This document shows positions 1-8,529 of a DNA stretch of 60,791 bases, one piece after another. The first letter of the stretch is position 1; each line of letters starts with the position of its first letter. The notes beneath the pieces are model-generated. The model worked only from the letters and a program-made list of their open reading frames with translations. It made no database searches and was not told where the DNA came from. Source of the stretch: a virus (lineage: Duplodnaviria > Caudoviricetes); the IMG/VR virus record IMGVR_UViG_3300023313_000007, positions 1 through 60,791 of that record. One strand, 5' to 3'. The position numbers and the translations under genes were made by a program.

Positions 1-47
1 GGGGGGGGGGCCGGGGGCGGATATGTTGTTCTAGTGCTTGTTTATCC

Positions 48-611
48 GTGGAGCAGGAAGATAGCATGTCTGCGGATGGAAACAAAACTAATAATCCAAA
101 ATCGGACTTGGATACTATGCCTAAGACCACTGGCAGGGTACAGCATCTCGATATTGACTCTGAAGGCCATGATATTGCAGGAAGGTTTACAACCAAGGGA
201 AAGACCCTTGGAGCTAGGATGCACAAGCAGCACACGCTTGACGCAGGGGCAGATGTTTCTAGTAGCCAAGATATTACAGTCCCTCCTAGAGGCAGTTGTA
301 TTATTAGCACAGGACTACACCTAGCCATCCCTAACGGGTGTGTTGGCCTGTTATGGTCTAGGAGTGGATTATCAGTTAAGCATAACCTTGAGGTTGGTGC
401 GGGGTGTATTGACTCTGGATATAGAGGGGAGGTAAAAGTACACCTATATAACCATAGTGATGTTTCTTATTCTGTTCATAAGGGGGATAGAATAGCCCAA
501 CTGATAACAATACCAATAAACCTTAACGAGTATATCCAAGTAGAGTCCCTAGATGATACAGAGCGAGGCAATGAAGGTTTTGGGTCTACTGGAGTAAAAA
601 CACCCCTATAA
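48..611 (+). CDS. dut: dUTPase (trimeric type)
   Basis: Motifs DAGAD, SRSGLS, GCIDSGYRGE, GDRIAQL and RGNEGFGSTG; the start may be later (ATG 66). Confidence 0.95.
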   Translation: MEQEDSMSADGNKTNNPKSDLDTMPKTTGRVQHLDIDSEGHDIAGRFTTKGKTLGARMHKQHTLDAGADVSSSQDITVPPRGSCIISTGLHLAIPNGCVGLLWSRSGLSVKHNLEVGAGCIDSGYRGEVKVHLYNHSDVSYSVHKGDRIAQLITIPINLNEYIQVESLDDTERGNEGFGSTGVKTPL

Positions 612-672
612 TTGAAGATATTTAATATTAGGTTACACTAGCCGCCCATACATCTAGTACAGGCGGTTAGTT

Positions 673-1095
673 ATGGAAGTACGGAAGGCAGGAACATGCC
701 CTAAGGGTTGCGGTAGGCCAGCAGGGTTTGAGGTAATATCTACAGAAGTTTGGACAGTTTGTAGCTGTGGCTTTAGAAGACTTAGTTATTCTATGGACGC
801 TAAGGGGGAGATTGTACCCCACCCTTATAAACGACATAACGCTGCCCTCCCAGATGCCTCCACGAAGTTGTACCAGTGCCTTCTAGGAGTACAAGAGCTA
901 GTGGAGATTAACACCTCTGGGGTGGCTCAATATGTACACATGCCATCCGCTGATGTAGCAACAAGATTAGCGACACTTGAGGGTAGAGGGTTAGTGTATA
1001 GAACCACCACCATGCGAGGTATAGCAGGGGGCTCTACATGGGTATTATCTGATGCCGCCATAAGATTATTACCAGAATTACCTAAGGAGGATTAG
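673..1095 (+). CDS. Hypothetical protein, N-terminal Zn ribbon plus probable winged HTH
   Basis: CPKGC...CSCG, then a helix-turn-helix-like segment (TSGVAQYVHM...VATRLATLEGRGLVYR). Confidence 0.55.
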   Translation: MEVRKAGTCPKGCGRPAGFEVISTEVWTVCSCGFRRLSYSMDAKGEIVPHPYKRHNAALPDASTKLYQCLLGVQELVEINTSGVAQYVHMPSADVATRLATLEGRGLVYRTTTMRGIAGGSTWVLSDAAIRLLPELPKED

Positions 1096-1401
1096 ATGGC
1101 TTTAACACTAGGGTTAAATAAGGGGGAACCCCTATTCATTATTATGTCAGAGAATACTAGGGCTATTAGGGTAGCTATAGTAGAGGTTCTAACCCCTACA
1201 AAATTTATAATGTCAGTTCTAGGACTACCTGTTATTATCACTGAAGATAAGGCAGAGCAGATACTACCTAAGGTGTATATTAGTGCGGGGGTAGGAACTA
1301 CAACTTTAGCTAGAGTAGCTATTACTGCGCCTAGAGACATAAAAGTCTATCGAGAATCCGTGTATAGAGAAAAACAAAAGGAGAGTAAATGTATGTACTA
1401 G
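1096..1401 (+). CDS. CsrA/RsmA-like RNA-binding protein with internal insertion
   Basis: N-terminus MALTLGLNKGEPLFI resembles CsrA MLILTRRVGETLMI; C-terminus ARVAITAPRDIKVYRESVY resembles VRIGVNAPKEVSVHREEIY; SD AAGGAGG upstream. Confidence 0.65.
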   Translation: MALTLGLNKGEPLFIIMSENTRAIRVAIVEVLTPTKFIMSVLGLPVIITEDKAEQILPKVYISAGVGTTTLARVAITAPRDIKVYRESVYREKQKESKCMY

Positions 1402-1781
1402 AGGATGTAATTAGAGCTGCCCAGTCAGACCCTAACATGGCAGATTTACATGGTAGGTTTAGGGATATGGCGGAGAAAATTAGAGAGATGGTATCCTCCT
1501 CTGCGCCTATAACCCATAAAGACGGAAACAAGAGGTACATGGATTACATATTCTTAGTAGAGGGTGGCAGAGTGTCCAAGATAACTAAGTTATCTACTAC
1601 CCACCTAAATAGGGTACCAGATAGACCACAGGCCAGTAAGACCTGCACAACCTGTCAAGGTGTAGGTAGCCATACTGCCTATGATGAATGTGAGTATTGC
1701 GGAGCCGTGGCTCCCTATTGTAAGGACTGTGATGAGGGGTGGGTAGCAGTATCAATCCCCTGCCAAGATTGCTGTAAATAG
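1389..1781 (+). CDS. Hypothetical protein with C-terminal CxxCxGxG zinc finger
   Basis: CTTCQGVG, CEYCG, CKDCDEG, CQDC. Confidence 0.55.
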   Translation: MYVLEDVIRAAQSDPNMADLHGRFRDMAEKIREMVSSSAPITHKDGNKRYMDYIFLVEGGRVSKITKLSTTHLNRVPDRPQASKTCTTCQGVGSHTAYDECEYCGAVAPYCKDCDEGWVAVSIPCQDCCK

Positions 1782-1798
1782 CTACAAGGAGGTAGTGT

Positions 1799-3583
1799 AT
1801 GTTTGTATTATCTGGGGGAAATGTCTCCAACCTTAATAACTTTGTGTTACCTGTTATCAAAGGGGTAAAAAATGCTAAAGCCAAGTTTATAACCTTCGAG
1901 GATTATAAAACTATGGCCATTCCCAAGGGGAGTGTCGTCTTAGCTTTAGGTAATAAGTCCTTAGAGCTTCTACAGGACGAAGGAGCTATCCCCAAAAATA
2001 GGGCTATGGCCTCCATGCGAGGGCAGGAGATTGTTTTTAATGGTAGCTCGTGGTTCTTCTCCTATGACCCATATATAATTACACAAGACTATTCCAAGAA
2101 GACTCTAGTAGCTTGGGATATTAAGTTAGCCCTAAGGAAGGAGCTCACAGGTAGTACTGCCCCCGAGGTAGGGACTTATAGCTTTGTCGATGACTGGCAG
2201 TTTTTTATTAAGAAGATTGAGGACACCTATGCTAAGACAGGAAAAGCTGTAGCAGTATGTTGTGACACTGAGACTATTGGGCTAAACCCTTATCTTGAGG
2301 ATAAATGGTTAGAGTCTATACAGTTCTGCTTAGAGGAGGGAGTGGCATACTGTCAGAGGTTTAGAACCTTAGCTAACCAGCCCCTAGTTGGAGATACCAT
2401 CTGGAATCAAATTGACTGGATTCTTAATAGCCCTAAGGTAAAAATAGTTGGAGCTAACTTTAAATATGACCTTCGATGGATGCTTGTTAAATGGGACATG
2501 ACTTGCACCAATTATGCTTTTGACACCACTTTAGTAGGGTCACTATTAGATGAGAATAGGTCTAATAGTCTGGAGACCCACGCTAAGGTGTACACCTCTA
2601 TGGGTGGGTATGATGCAACCATGAATACAACCTATGATAAAGGTAGAATGGATTTAATACCAGATGATGACTTTTTAACCTATTCAGCAGGGGATGTAGA
2701 TGCTTGCCTAAGAGTATATGTTGAACTTAGAAAGGAGTTACTCCAAGACCCTTTTTTAACCCGCTTCTATGTCCGACTCTTACATAGAAGCAATATAGCC
2801 TTTATGGATATGGAGTGTTTGGGGGTATGCTTAGATAAAGAATACCAAGGCTCTTTAGCTTTAGAATTGGAACAGGATAGGCTTAATGTTTCTACAGCTA
2901 TGCTAGAGAAATTACCTGTTAAGTTAAGATTAAAACATGCAGATAATCTGAGTATTAGACCTGCCATATTGAAAGACTACTTTTTCGGGGCTAGAGGGTT
3001 AGGGCTACCCCCCAAACTACTAACAGAAAAGACACAGCAGCCCTCTACAGCCCTAGAGCATTTTATGATGTTCTCTGATTGCCCAGAGGCTACGGAATTT
3101 GTATCCCTGTTAAAGAAGTATGGGAGTGCTGGAAAAACATTGTCTACCTATGTTGTAGGGTTCAATAAGCACCTACAGGCTGATGGTAGGTTTCACCCAG
3201 ATTATATGCTACACAAGGGGGACTATAATGGTGCGGCTGACTCTGGGACGGATACAGGCAGAAGTTCATGTAAGTCCCCTGCATTACAATGTCTACCCGC
3301 AGACGCTGAGGTTCTTACTGACCTTGGAGTAATGCCTATGCTCGACATTATAGAAGGGTGTGAGGGCGGTGTACCCGTACAAGTATTAACCCATACAGGT
3401 GAGTGGAAGCCCGTGGTTGGAACCTACAGGAATGGGGTACAGCCTTTACACGAGTTCACATTAGCCGATGGGAAGACCTTACAGTGTACAGGAAATCACC
3501 CAATACTCACCACTAAGGGATTTATACTTGCAAAAGACATTACCAAAGAGCACACCTTTATGGTGAGGGGGACTAATGAATAG
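1799..3583 (+). CDS. polA: Family A DNA polymerase, N-terminal part (degenerate UDG-like domain, 3'-5' exonuclease, thumb) ending in N-intein
   Basis: Exo motifs CDTETIGL, NFKYDL, YSAGDVDA; PolA motif TGRSSCKSPALQ followed directly by intein block A CLPADAEVLT; SD AGGAGG. Confidence 0.93.
   Translation: MFVLSGGNVSNLNNFVLPVIKGVKNAKAKFITFEDYKTMAIPKGSVVLALGNKSLELLQDEGAIPKNRAMASMRGQEIVFNGSSWFFSYDPYIITQDYSKKTLVAWDIKLALRKELTGSTAPEVGTYSFVDDWQFFIKKIEDTYAKTGKAVAVCCDTETIGLNPYLEDKWLESIQFCLEEGVAYCQRFRTLANQPLVGDTIWNQIDWILNSPKVKIVGANFKYDLRWMLVKWDMTCTNYAFDTTLVGSLLDENRSNSLETHAKVYTSMGGYDATMNTTYDKGRMDLIPDDDFLTYSAGDVDACLRVYVELRKELLQDPFLTRFYVRLLHRSNIAFMDMECLGVCLDKEYQGSLALELEQDRLNVSTAMLEKLPVKLRLKHADNLSIRPAILKDYFFGARGLGLPPKLLTEKTQQPSTALEHFMMFSDCPEATEFVSLLKKYGSAGKTLSTYVVGFNKHLQADGRFHPDYMLHKGDYNGAADSGTDTGRSSCKSPALQCLPADAEVLTDLGVMPMLDIIEGCEGGVPVQVLTHTGEWKPVVGTYRNGVQPLHEFTLADGKTLQCTGNHPILTTKGFILAKDITKEHTFMVRGTNE
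3290..3580 (+). mobile_element. Split intein, N-fragment (IntN, 97 aa)
   Basis: Starts at Cys1 (TGT 3290) CLPADAEVLT; block B LQCTGNHPIL; stop TAG 3581-3583 with no block F/G in frame. Confidence 0.88.
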
Positions 3584-3722
3584 TGATTATGAGGTATCAA
3601 AGAAGGCAGGGTTTAAAGAATCAAAATTAGTAGGCATAAAGAGGGTAGACCCTCAAGAAACATATGACTTAACTATACAAGATAGCCATTCTTTTGTGGC
3701 TAACGATATTGTGGTACATAAT
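3576..3722 (+). mobile_element. Split intein, C-fragment (IntC, 49 aa)
   Basis: Blocks F/G ETYDLTIQDSHSFVANDIVVHN followed by Thr+1 (ACA 3723). Confidence 0.88.
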
Positions 3723-5633
3723 ACAATACCCAAGCATACAAGTTGGGCAAAGCCTTTGCGGAAGGCGTACAATGCCCCAGAGGGGATGGTAATATTATCC
3801 TGTGACTATTCCGCAGGAGAGATGCGGGTGGCGGCAGACTTTGCTAATGAAGAAAATATGCTAAATGCTTTTAATACTGGGGTAGATATTCATTGTGCCA
3901 CCGCAGCAGGATTGATGGGAATGAACCTAGCTGATTTCATGTTACTAAAGGACGCTGACCCCAAAGCTTTTAAGAGCGGTCGCCAAGGCGCGAAGGCTGG
4001 TAACTTCGGCTGCCTTCTAGGGCTATCCTATTGCATTACAGATAAAGGGTCTGTACAGTTGCGTAATATAAAAAAAGACCACAAGGTATGGGACGGGGAA
4101 AACTTTGTCAGTCACGATGGTGTGATTTACCAAGGCGAGCAATGGGTGATAAAGTACCAAGGCTTAGAAGCAACTCCATGCCACAATGTTTGGGTTGAGG
4201 ACGGTACACATGAAGGGAAAAAATGTAGCCTTTACGAGGCCGCCACTAAAAAACTTAACCTTAGAAGAACTAGCCCAAAGATTGAAAGAAAAGGACTTAG
4301 GCACTATAACCCTAGACCTAAGTACTCTACGAAGGGAAAAACGGCACAGAATGGTGGACGGTACTTGCTCCGATTGCGGAGAGACAAAGACCTATTATGC
4401 TTCAAACATAACAAGAGGAATGACCACCACTTGCCGTTGCCAGAGGAATGTAAAGTACCCCAATCTGGTACACGCAAGGGTATTAGGGAATCGTTACGAT
4501 TCTATGGTACAGCGGTGCGAAAGAGATACCCATGTCTCCTCCCACAGATACAAAGGGCGGGGAATAAAATGCCTGTTCAAGTCAAGAGAAGACTTTGTAT
4601 ATTGGGTACTAGAGAATCATTACAGGGACGATTACAAAGGGTTGGAGTTCGACAGGATAGACAACGATGGGCATTACGAGCCAGAAAATTTAAGGCTGGT
4701 ATCCTCGAAAGAGAACAAACGAAACCTGCCCAACAATGTGTACCTAATATACAAGGGGGTTCGGATGTATTGGCAGGATTTCAAAAGTCCTTACAGTCCG
4801 AGAAGAACCCAAGCGTTTGCGAGCAAGGGGATGTCGGGGGAGGATATTATCCTCCGTGCAAAGACATCAGTCCAGAAAAGGTGCAAGAGTTGGAGGCTCA
4901 TGGAATTACGCTTAGAAAAGCTAGGGTCTATGACATCCTAAATGCAGGGGTAAACCACAGATTTACATGCTCTGGGGTATTAGTAAGTAATTGCCTGTAT
5001 GGTATGAGTGCTGGAGGGTATCAAGCCTATGCGGAAGCTACCTACGGTGTTATTATGACTATGCAGGAGGCAGAGGTGGCTAGAGAAAGATTTTTTGGCA
5101 TGTACCCAGCCCTACCAGAATGGCATACTAGAACCAAGAACTTTGCTAGGGCTAATGGGTATGTTCGTTCGCCTTTAGGTAGATTAAGACACCTGCCCTT
5201 AATAACTGCTAGAGATGGGGCTATTAGGTCTAAGGCAGAAAGGAATGCGGTAAACTCCTCAGTGCAGGGTACTTTATCTGACCTTACACAGTTATCCTTA
5301 GTCATCTTGAGGGAGACTTATGGTTTTAAGGACTTACAGCCTCTGATGATGGTGCATGATGATTTAAAATTTTATGTACCTAAAGACGATGCCCTTATGT
5401 GGGCAGATAGGGTATGTAATGTTATGAGTACCCTACCTTTGAAGGAGGAGTTTGATTGGTCTCCTCGTATAACCTTTAATGCTGACCCAGAGGTAGGACT
5501 TACTTTGGCTAGTATGGAAGAACTAGAGACATGCCCTAATTGTGGGGAGCGTAATCTAGTTCATAGGGCTGTAGGAGAGGACTATTGTCTACGCGATTAT
5601 TACACAGGAGATAAACATACATGCGCTCAGTAA
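3576..5633 (+). CDS. polA: Family A DNA polymerase, C-terminal part, with N-terminal C-intein and an internal cis intein
   Basis: After VVHN/T: motif A CDYSAGEMRV; motif B RQGAKAGNFG/CLYG interrupted by an intein; AERNAVNSSVQGT; motif C MVHDD; SD-like GAGGGGG before ATG. Confidence 0.93.
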   Translation: MNSDYEVSKKAGFKESKLVGIKRVDPQETYDLTIQDSHSFVANDIVVHNTIPKHTSWAKPLRKAYNAPEGMVILSCDYSAGEMRVAADFANEENMLNAFNTGVDIHCATAAGLMGMNLADFMLLKDADPKAFKSGRQGAKAGNFGCLLGLSYCITDKGSVQLRNIKKDHKVWDGENFVSHDGVIYQGEQWVIKYQGLEATPCHNVWVEDGTHEGKKCSLYEAATKKLNLRRTSPKIERKGLRHYNPRPKYSTKGKTAQNGGRYLLRLRRDKDLLCFKHNKRNDHHLPLPEECKVPQSGTRKGIRESLRFYGTAVRKRYPCLLPQIQRAGNKMPVQVKRRLCILGTRESLQGRLQRVGVRQDRQRWALRARKFKAGILEREQTKPAQQCVPNIQGGSDVLAGFQKSLQSEKNPSVCEQGDVGGGYYPPCKDISPEKVQELEAHGITLRKARVYDILNAGVNHRFTCSGVLVSNCLYGMSAGGYQAYAEATYGVIMTMQEAEVARERFFGMYPALPEWHTRTKNFARANGYVRSPLGRLRHLPLITARDGAIRSKAERNAVNSSVQGTLSDLTQLSLVILRETYGFKDLQPLMMVHDDLKFYVPKDDALMWADRVCNVMSTLPLKEEFDWSPRITFNADPEVGLTLASMEELETCPNCGERNLVHRAVGEDYCLRDYYTGDKHTCAQ
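4011..4991 (+). mobile_element. Cis intein (327 aa) in PolA motif B
   Basis: CLLGLSYCITDKG start; block B LEATPCHNVW; blocks F/G RVYDILNAGVNHRFTCSGVLVSN then Cys+1; excision restores AKAGNFG-CLYG. Confidence 0.88.
4210..4941 (+). CDS. HNH-family homing endonuclease nested in the +1 frame inside the polA intein
   Basis: CSDCG...TTTCRC Zn motif, YDSMVQRC, YKGRGI, DRIDNDGHYEPENLRLVSSKENKRN; GAGG at 4197-4200 favours ATG 4210 (ORF open from 4186). Confidence 0.85.
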   Translation: MKGKNVAFTRPPLKNLTLEELAQRLKEKDLGTITLDLSTLRREKRHRMVDGTCSDCGETKTYYASNITRGMTTTCRCQRNVKYPNLVHARVLGNRYDSMVQRCERDTHVSSHRYKGRGIKCLFKSREDFVYWVLENHYRDDYKGLEFDRIDNDGHYEPENLRLVSSKENKRNLPNNVYLIYKGVRMYWQDFKSPYSPRRTQAFASKGMSGEDIILRAKTSVQKRCKSWRLMELRLEKLGSMTS

Positions 5634-5824
5634 AATCTAAGGTATATTATGTTGGGCTATCCCTTATGAAGTTTGAGGAACTAGGTATATTGATACATGG
5701 AGAACCTATAAATATTTGCCCCTCTAACATGGAGGGGTTCCTGCCTGTATTTAGTTCTTTAGAAGAAGCGGCTAATGCTGGGTGGGGCAAAGATAGTGTT
5801 AGAGCAATACAATTAAGTGATTGA
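5621..5824 (+). CDS. Hypothetical protein
   Basis: 67-aa ORF with AGGAG SD, overlapping the polA end. Confidence 0.5.
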   Translation: MRSVKSKVYYVGLSLMKFEELGILIHGEPINICPSNMEGFLPVFSSLEEAANAGWGKDSVRAIQLSD

Positions 5825-5911
5825 TTTTACTATAGAATAGGTCTTCAGTAGATATATGAGCTATGTAAAGCTATAGTTTTGCCCATACAACTATTATGTG
5901 TGGGGTTTACT

Positions 5912-7651
5912 ATGGGTTCTAAATCTATTGATGGTGCTAGCAGTGTTACCGTTATAGCATCGAAAGATACAGCAATACGAAAGGCTGACGCAGAGCTTCT
6001 GGGAAGTAATGCCAAAGCTGTAGATGATAGATTTGGGGGACTGTATGCTTCTACTAGCAAGTCGAGAGTAATACGACCCCCTTATGACCCGTCAATTCTT
6101 GAGGGATTAGTACAATCTAATAATACTCTAAATCAATGTATTACCGCTATGGAGGTAAATATTGATGGTACAGGGTATGATTTATATTCTAATGATGAAG
6201 TACCTAAGAAGCTGAGTAACACGGATTTAGACGGTTTCTTTGCTGAACCTTACCCTCAAACCTCTATGCTCACTATTCGTAGGGCTTTGCGTAGAGACAT
6301 TGAAACAACAGGTAATGGGTACTTGGAAATTATCCGTAATGCTACAGGCACTATTGTGATGTTAAATAATATCCCCTCTACTACTATGAGGTTAGGTGCT
6401 CTATCCTCCCCTGTTCCTGCGGAAAAGAGTTTAATCCGAAATGGTAAAAAAGTTACATTAACGGTTACTTTGAGAGAAAGAACTTTTGTCCAAATGGTTA
6501 ATAAATCTGCGGTGTACTTCAAGGAGTATGGGTCTAGCCGCCACATGAATAAGGCTACAGGAGAGTGGTCTGAAGCTAAGGTAGCTGCTAAGGATAGAGC
6601 CACAGAGATACTACATTTTACGGCTGTTAAAGATGGTACCTCCCCCTATGGCGTACCTAGATGGATTAACCAAGTACCATCTGTACTAGGTAGTAGAAAG
6701 GCTGAAGAACATAACTTAGAATTTTTTAATAGTGGCGGGCTTCCCCCAGTGTTAGTTACTATTTCTGGTGGTCGTATGATTGCCGATACTAAGAAAGCCT
6801 TAGAATCTTATTTGAATGGGACAGGCGGAAGCCAGCATAGGGCTGCCATATTAGAGGCTTATTCCTCTGGAACATCTTTAGATTCTGCGGGCTCCGTTAG
6901 AATTGGGGTTGAGAGGTTCGGGGCGGAAAGACAGAACGATTCCATGTTTGAAAACTATGATACTAAATGTGAAGAACGCATAAGGGCTTCATTTAGACTC
7001 CCAGAGTTATATGTTGGGCGTAATAGTGGAAACTTTGCCACTTCAAGAGCTTCATCTATGTTAGCAGAGTCACAGGTATTTAACCCAGAAAGAGGGGAGT
7101 TTGATGAAGTCATAAACCTTACCATTATGAAAGAATTAGCTGATGGTAAATATTCCTACGCTTCTCGTAAAAACATCCCCAAAGATGGTACCTTACAAAT
7201 GAAGGGTATAGCTGTAGCTAGAAGTACAGGTGCAGTAAATCCTAAGAATATTGTAGAAACCATAAGTGAAGTAGCTGGGCTTAAATTAGAGTTTGATGCA
7301 GACCAATTAGCTCAAACTGTAGAGAAGAATAAAACCAGTGCCTTAGATGCTATGGCAGGTCTTAATTCATTAGATGCAGGCAAAGGGCAAGACACGCCAA
7401 AACCAGATGCAGCCATTAAGAAGATGGATAAGTCTACTCTAGCTAAAGAGTGGGGAGACTTAGCCTTGGACGAGTCTACCTTAGACCTTGCGGAACAAGT
7501 GGAGCTTAGAGGTATCGTAGAGGGTAATGGTCTCGTTGATGATGCGGAGTTCAGAGGTCAGATTGCTAGCCATGTATTCCCCGATAACCAAGATGATTTG
7601 GAAGGGGCGGCAGATATAGCTTGTATCCTAGCAAGTGTAGCCTCGGCATAA
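5912..7651 (+). CDS. Portal protein
   Basis: DIETTGNGYLEI, EILHF, YGVPRW, FFNSGGLP motifs; first gene of the head module; ATG 5912 preferred over TTG 5879. Confidence 0.9.
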   Translation: MGSKSIDGASSVTVIASKDTAIRKADAELLGSNAKAVDDRFGGLYASTSKSRVIRPPYDPSILEGLVQSNNTLNQCITAMEVNIDGTGYDLYSNDEVPKKLSNTDLDGFFAEPYPQTSMLTIRRALRRDIETTGNGYLEIIRNATGTIVMLNNIPSTTMRLGALSSPVPAEKSLIRNGKKVTLTVTLRERTFVQMVNKSAVYFKEYGSSRHMNKATGEWSEAKVAAKDRATEILHFTAVKDGTSPYGVPRWINQVPSVLGSRKAEEHNLEFFNSGGLPPVLVTISGGRMIADTKKALESYLNGTGGSQHRAAILEAYSSGTSLDSAGSVRIGVERFGAERQNDSMFENYDTKCEERIRASFRLPELYVGRNSGNFATSRASSMLAESQVFNPERGEFDEVINLTIMKELADGKYSYASRKNIPKDGTLQMKGIAVARSTGAVNPKNIVETISEVAGLKLEFDADQLAQTVEKNKTSALDAMAGLNSLDAGKGQDTPKPDAAIKKMDKSTLAKEWGDLALDESTLDLAEQVELRGIVEGNGLVDDAEFRGQIASHVFPDNQDDLEGAADIACILASVASA

Positions 7652-7655
7652 ATCT

Positions 7656-8459
7656 ATGGCTATTTCTATAAAGAGTTTTCTAGTGCTAGAAAAAAGCCTT
7701 ACTAGAAAAACAATGGCAGTCATTCTTCAGCAACTAGAATCAGATATTATTAAAATAATAGAACTTTTAAACTCTGGTGATTATACCGAAGCCTCGGTAT
7801 TACTAGAGTCCTTATCCCTACCCAATATACCTACAGGGTACTTAGGGGTCATAGGGGCTTCTGCGGTGGTATTTGGGGCGAGTGGAGTAACCCCTAAGGT
7901 AACTAGGTCATCTCTGGTTAAAAACCAGCCTAGTGCGAATATAGAGGGTCTAACAGCTCTAACTGAACGCATGATAATGGAGATGACGGATAAAGCTGTA
8001 AAAAAGAAACTGCAAGGGGCTATATTATCTAGTATAAAAACAGGCTCAGAGGTATCTTTAACGGACATCCTTACTGAGATAAAGAAGGTTACAAAGAATA
8101 TCTTAGTGTCCGCCAATAGTCTGCATGTCTCTAGGATGGCCTCTTATGGGTTTTTATTAGAAGCCACTGATAAAGGTATTACTCATTACCGTAGGTCAGC
8201 CCAACTAGATGATAGAACTTGCCCTATCTGTGCTTTGTTAGATGGGAAGAAGTTTAGTGTGGCCTCCACGCTAGCAAGGACTCATACCGCCTTAAGTGCT
8301 GAGACCCCAGACGACTTGAAATATCTAGCCCCATTCCCAGACACCTCAAAAGCAGGGGTAGAAAGAATGACAAAATTAACCAATGACGAAATATCCTCTG
8401 AAGGGTTGGAAACCGTGCCTAGCCATTTTAGGTGTAGATGTGTATTGGTTAAGGTGTAA
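7656..8459 (+). CDS. Head morphogenesis / minor capsid protein (SPP1 gp7/MuF-like)
   Basis: DDRTCPICALLDGK and PSHFRCRC motifs; directly after portal. Confidence 0.85.
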   Translation: MAISIKSFLVLEKSLTRKTMAVILQQLESDIIKIIELLNSGDYTEASVLLESLSLPNIPTGYLGVIGASAVVFGASGVTPKVTRSSLVKNQPSANIEGLTALTERMIMEMTDKAVKKKLQGAILSSIKTGSEVSLTDILTEIKKVTKNILVSANSLHVSRMASYGFLLEATDKGITHYRRSAQLDDRTCPICALLDGKKFSVASTLARTHTALSAETPDDLKYLAPFPDTSKAGVERMTKLTNDEISSEGLETVPSHFRCRCVLVKV

Positions 8460-8467
8460 CAACTATT

Positions 8468-8486
8468 CTTGCACTCCGAGTGCAAG
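8468..8486. repeat. Dispersed palindrome CTTGCACT-CCG-AGTGCAAG, copy 1
   Basis: Perfect 8-bp inverted repeat, intergenic; near-identical copies at 16377 and 48020. Confidence 0.85.
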
Positions 8487-8529
8487 GATTTCTTGCAGCC
8501 CTTACTAGGTGCTTGTACCTTCCAACCCT

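Noticed and set aside
1-20. Poly-G / G-rich 5' end as a terminal structure or G-quadruplex
   Set aside because: It is at the contig edge and unlike the rest of the genome; most likely a sequencing or assembly artefact.
8468-8486. Palindrome as a CIRCE (HrcA) element
   Set aside because: Half-sites resemble GCACTC/GAGTGC, but CIRCE needs a 9-nt spacer; here it is 1 nt.
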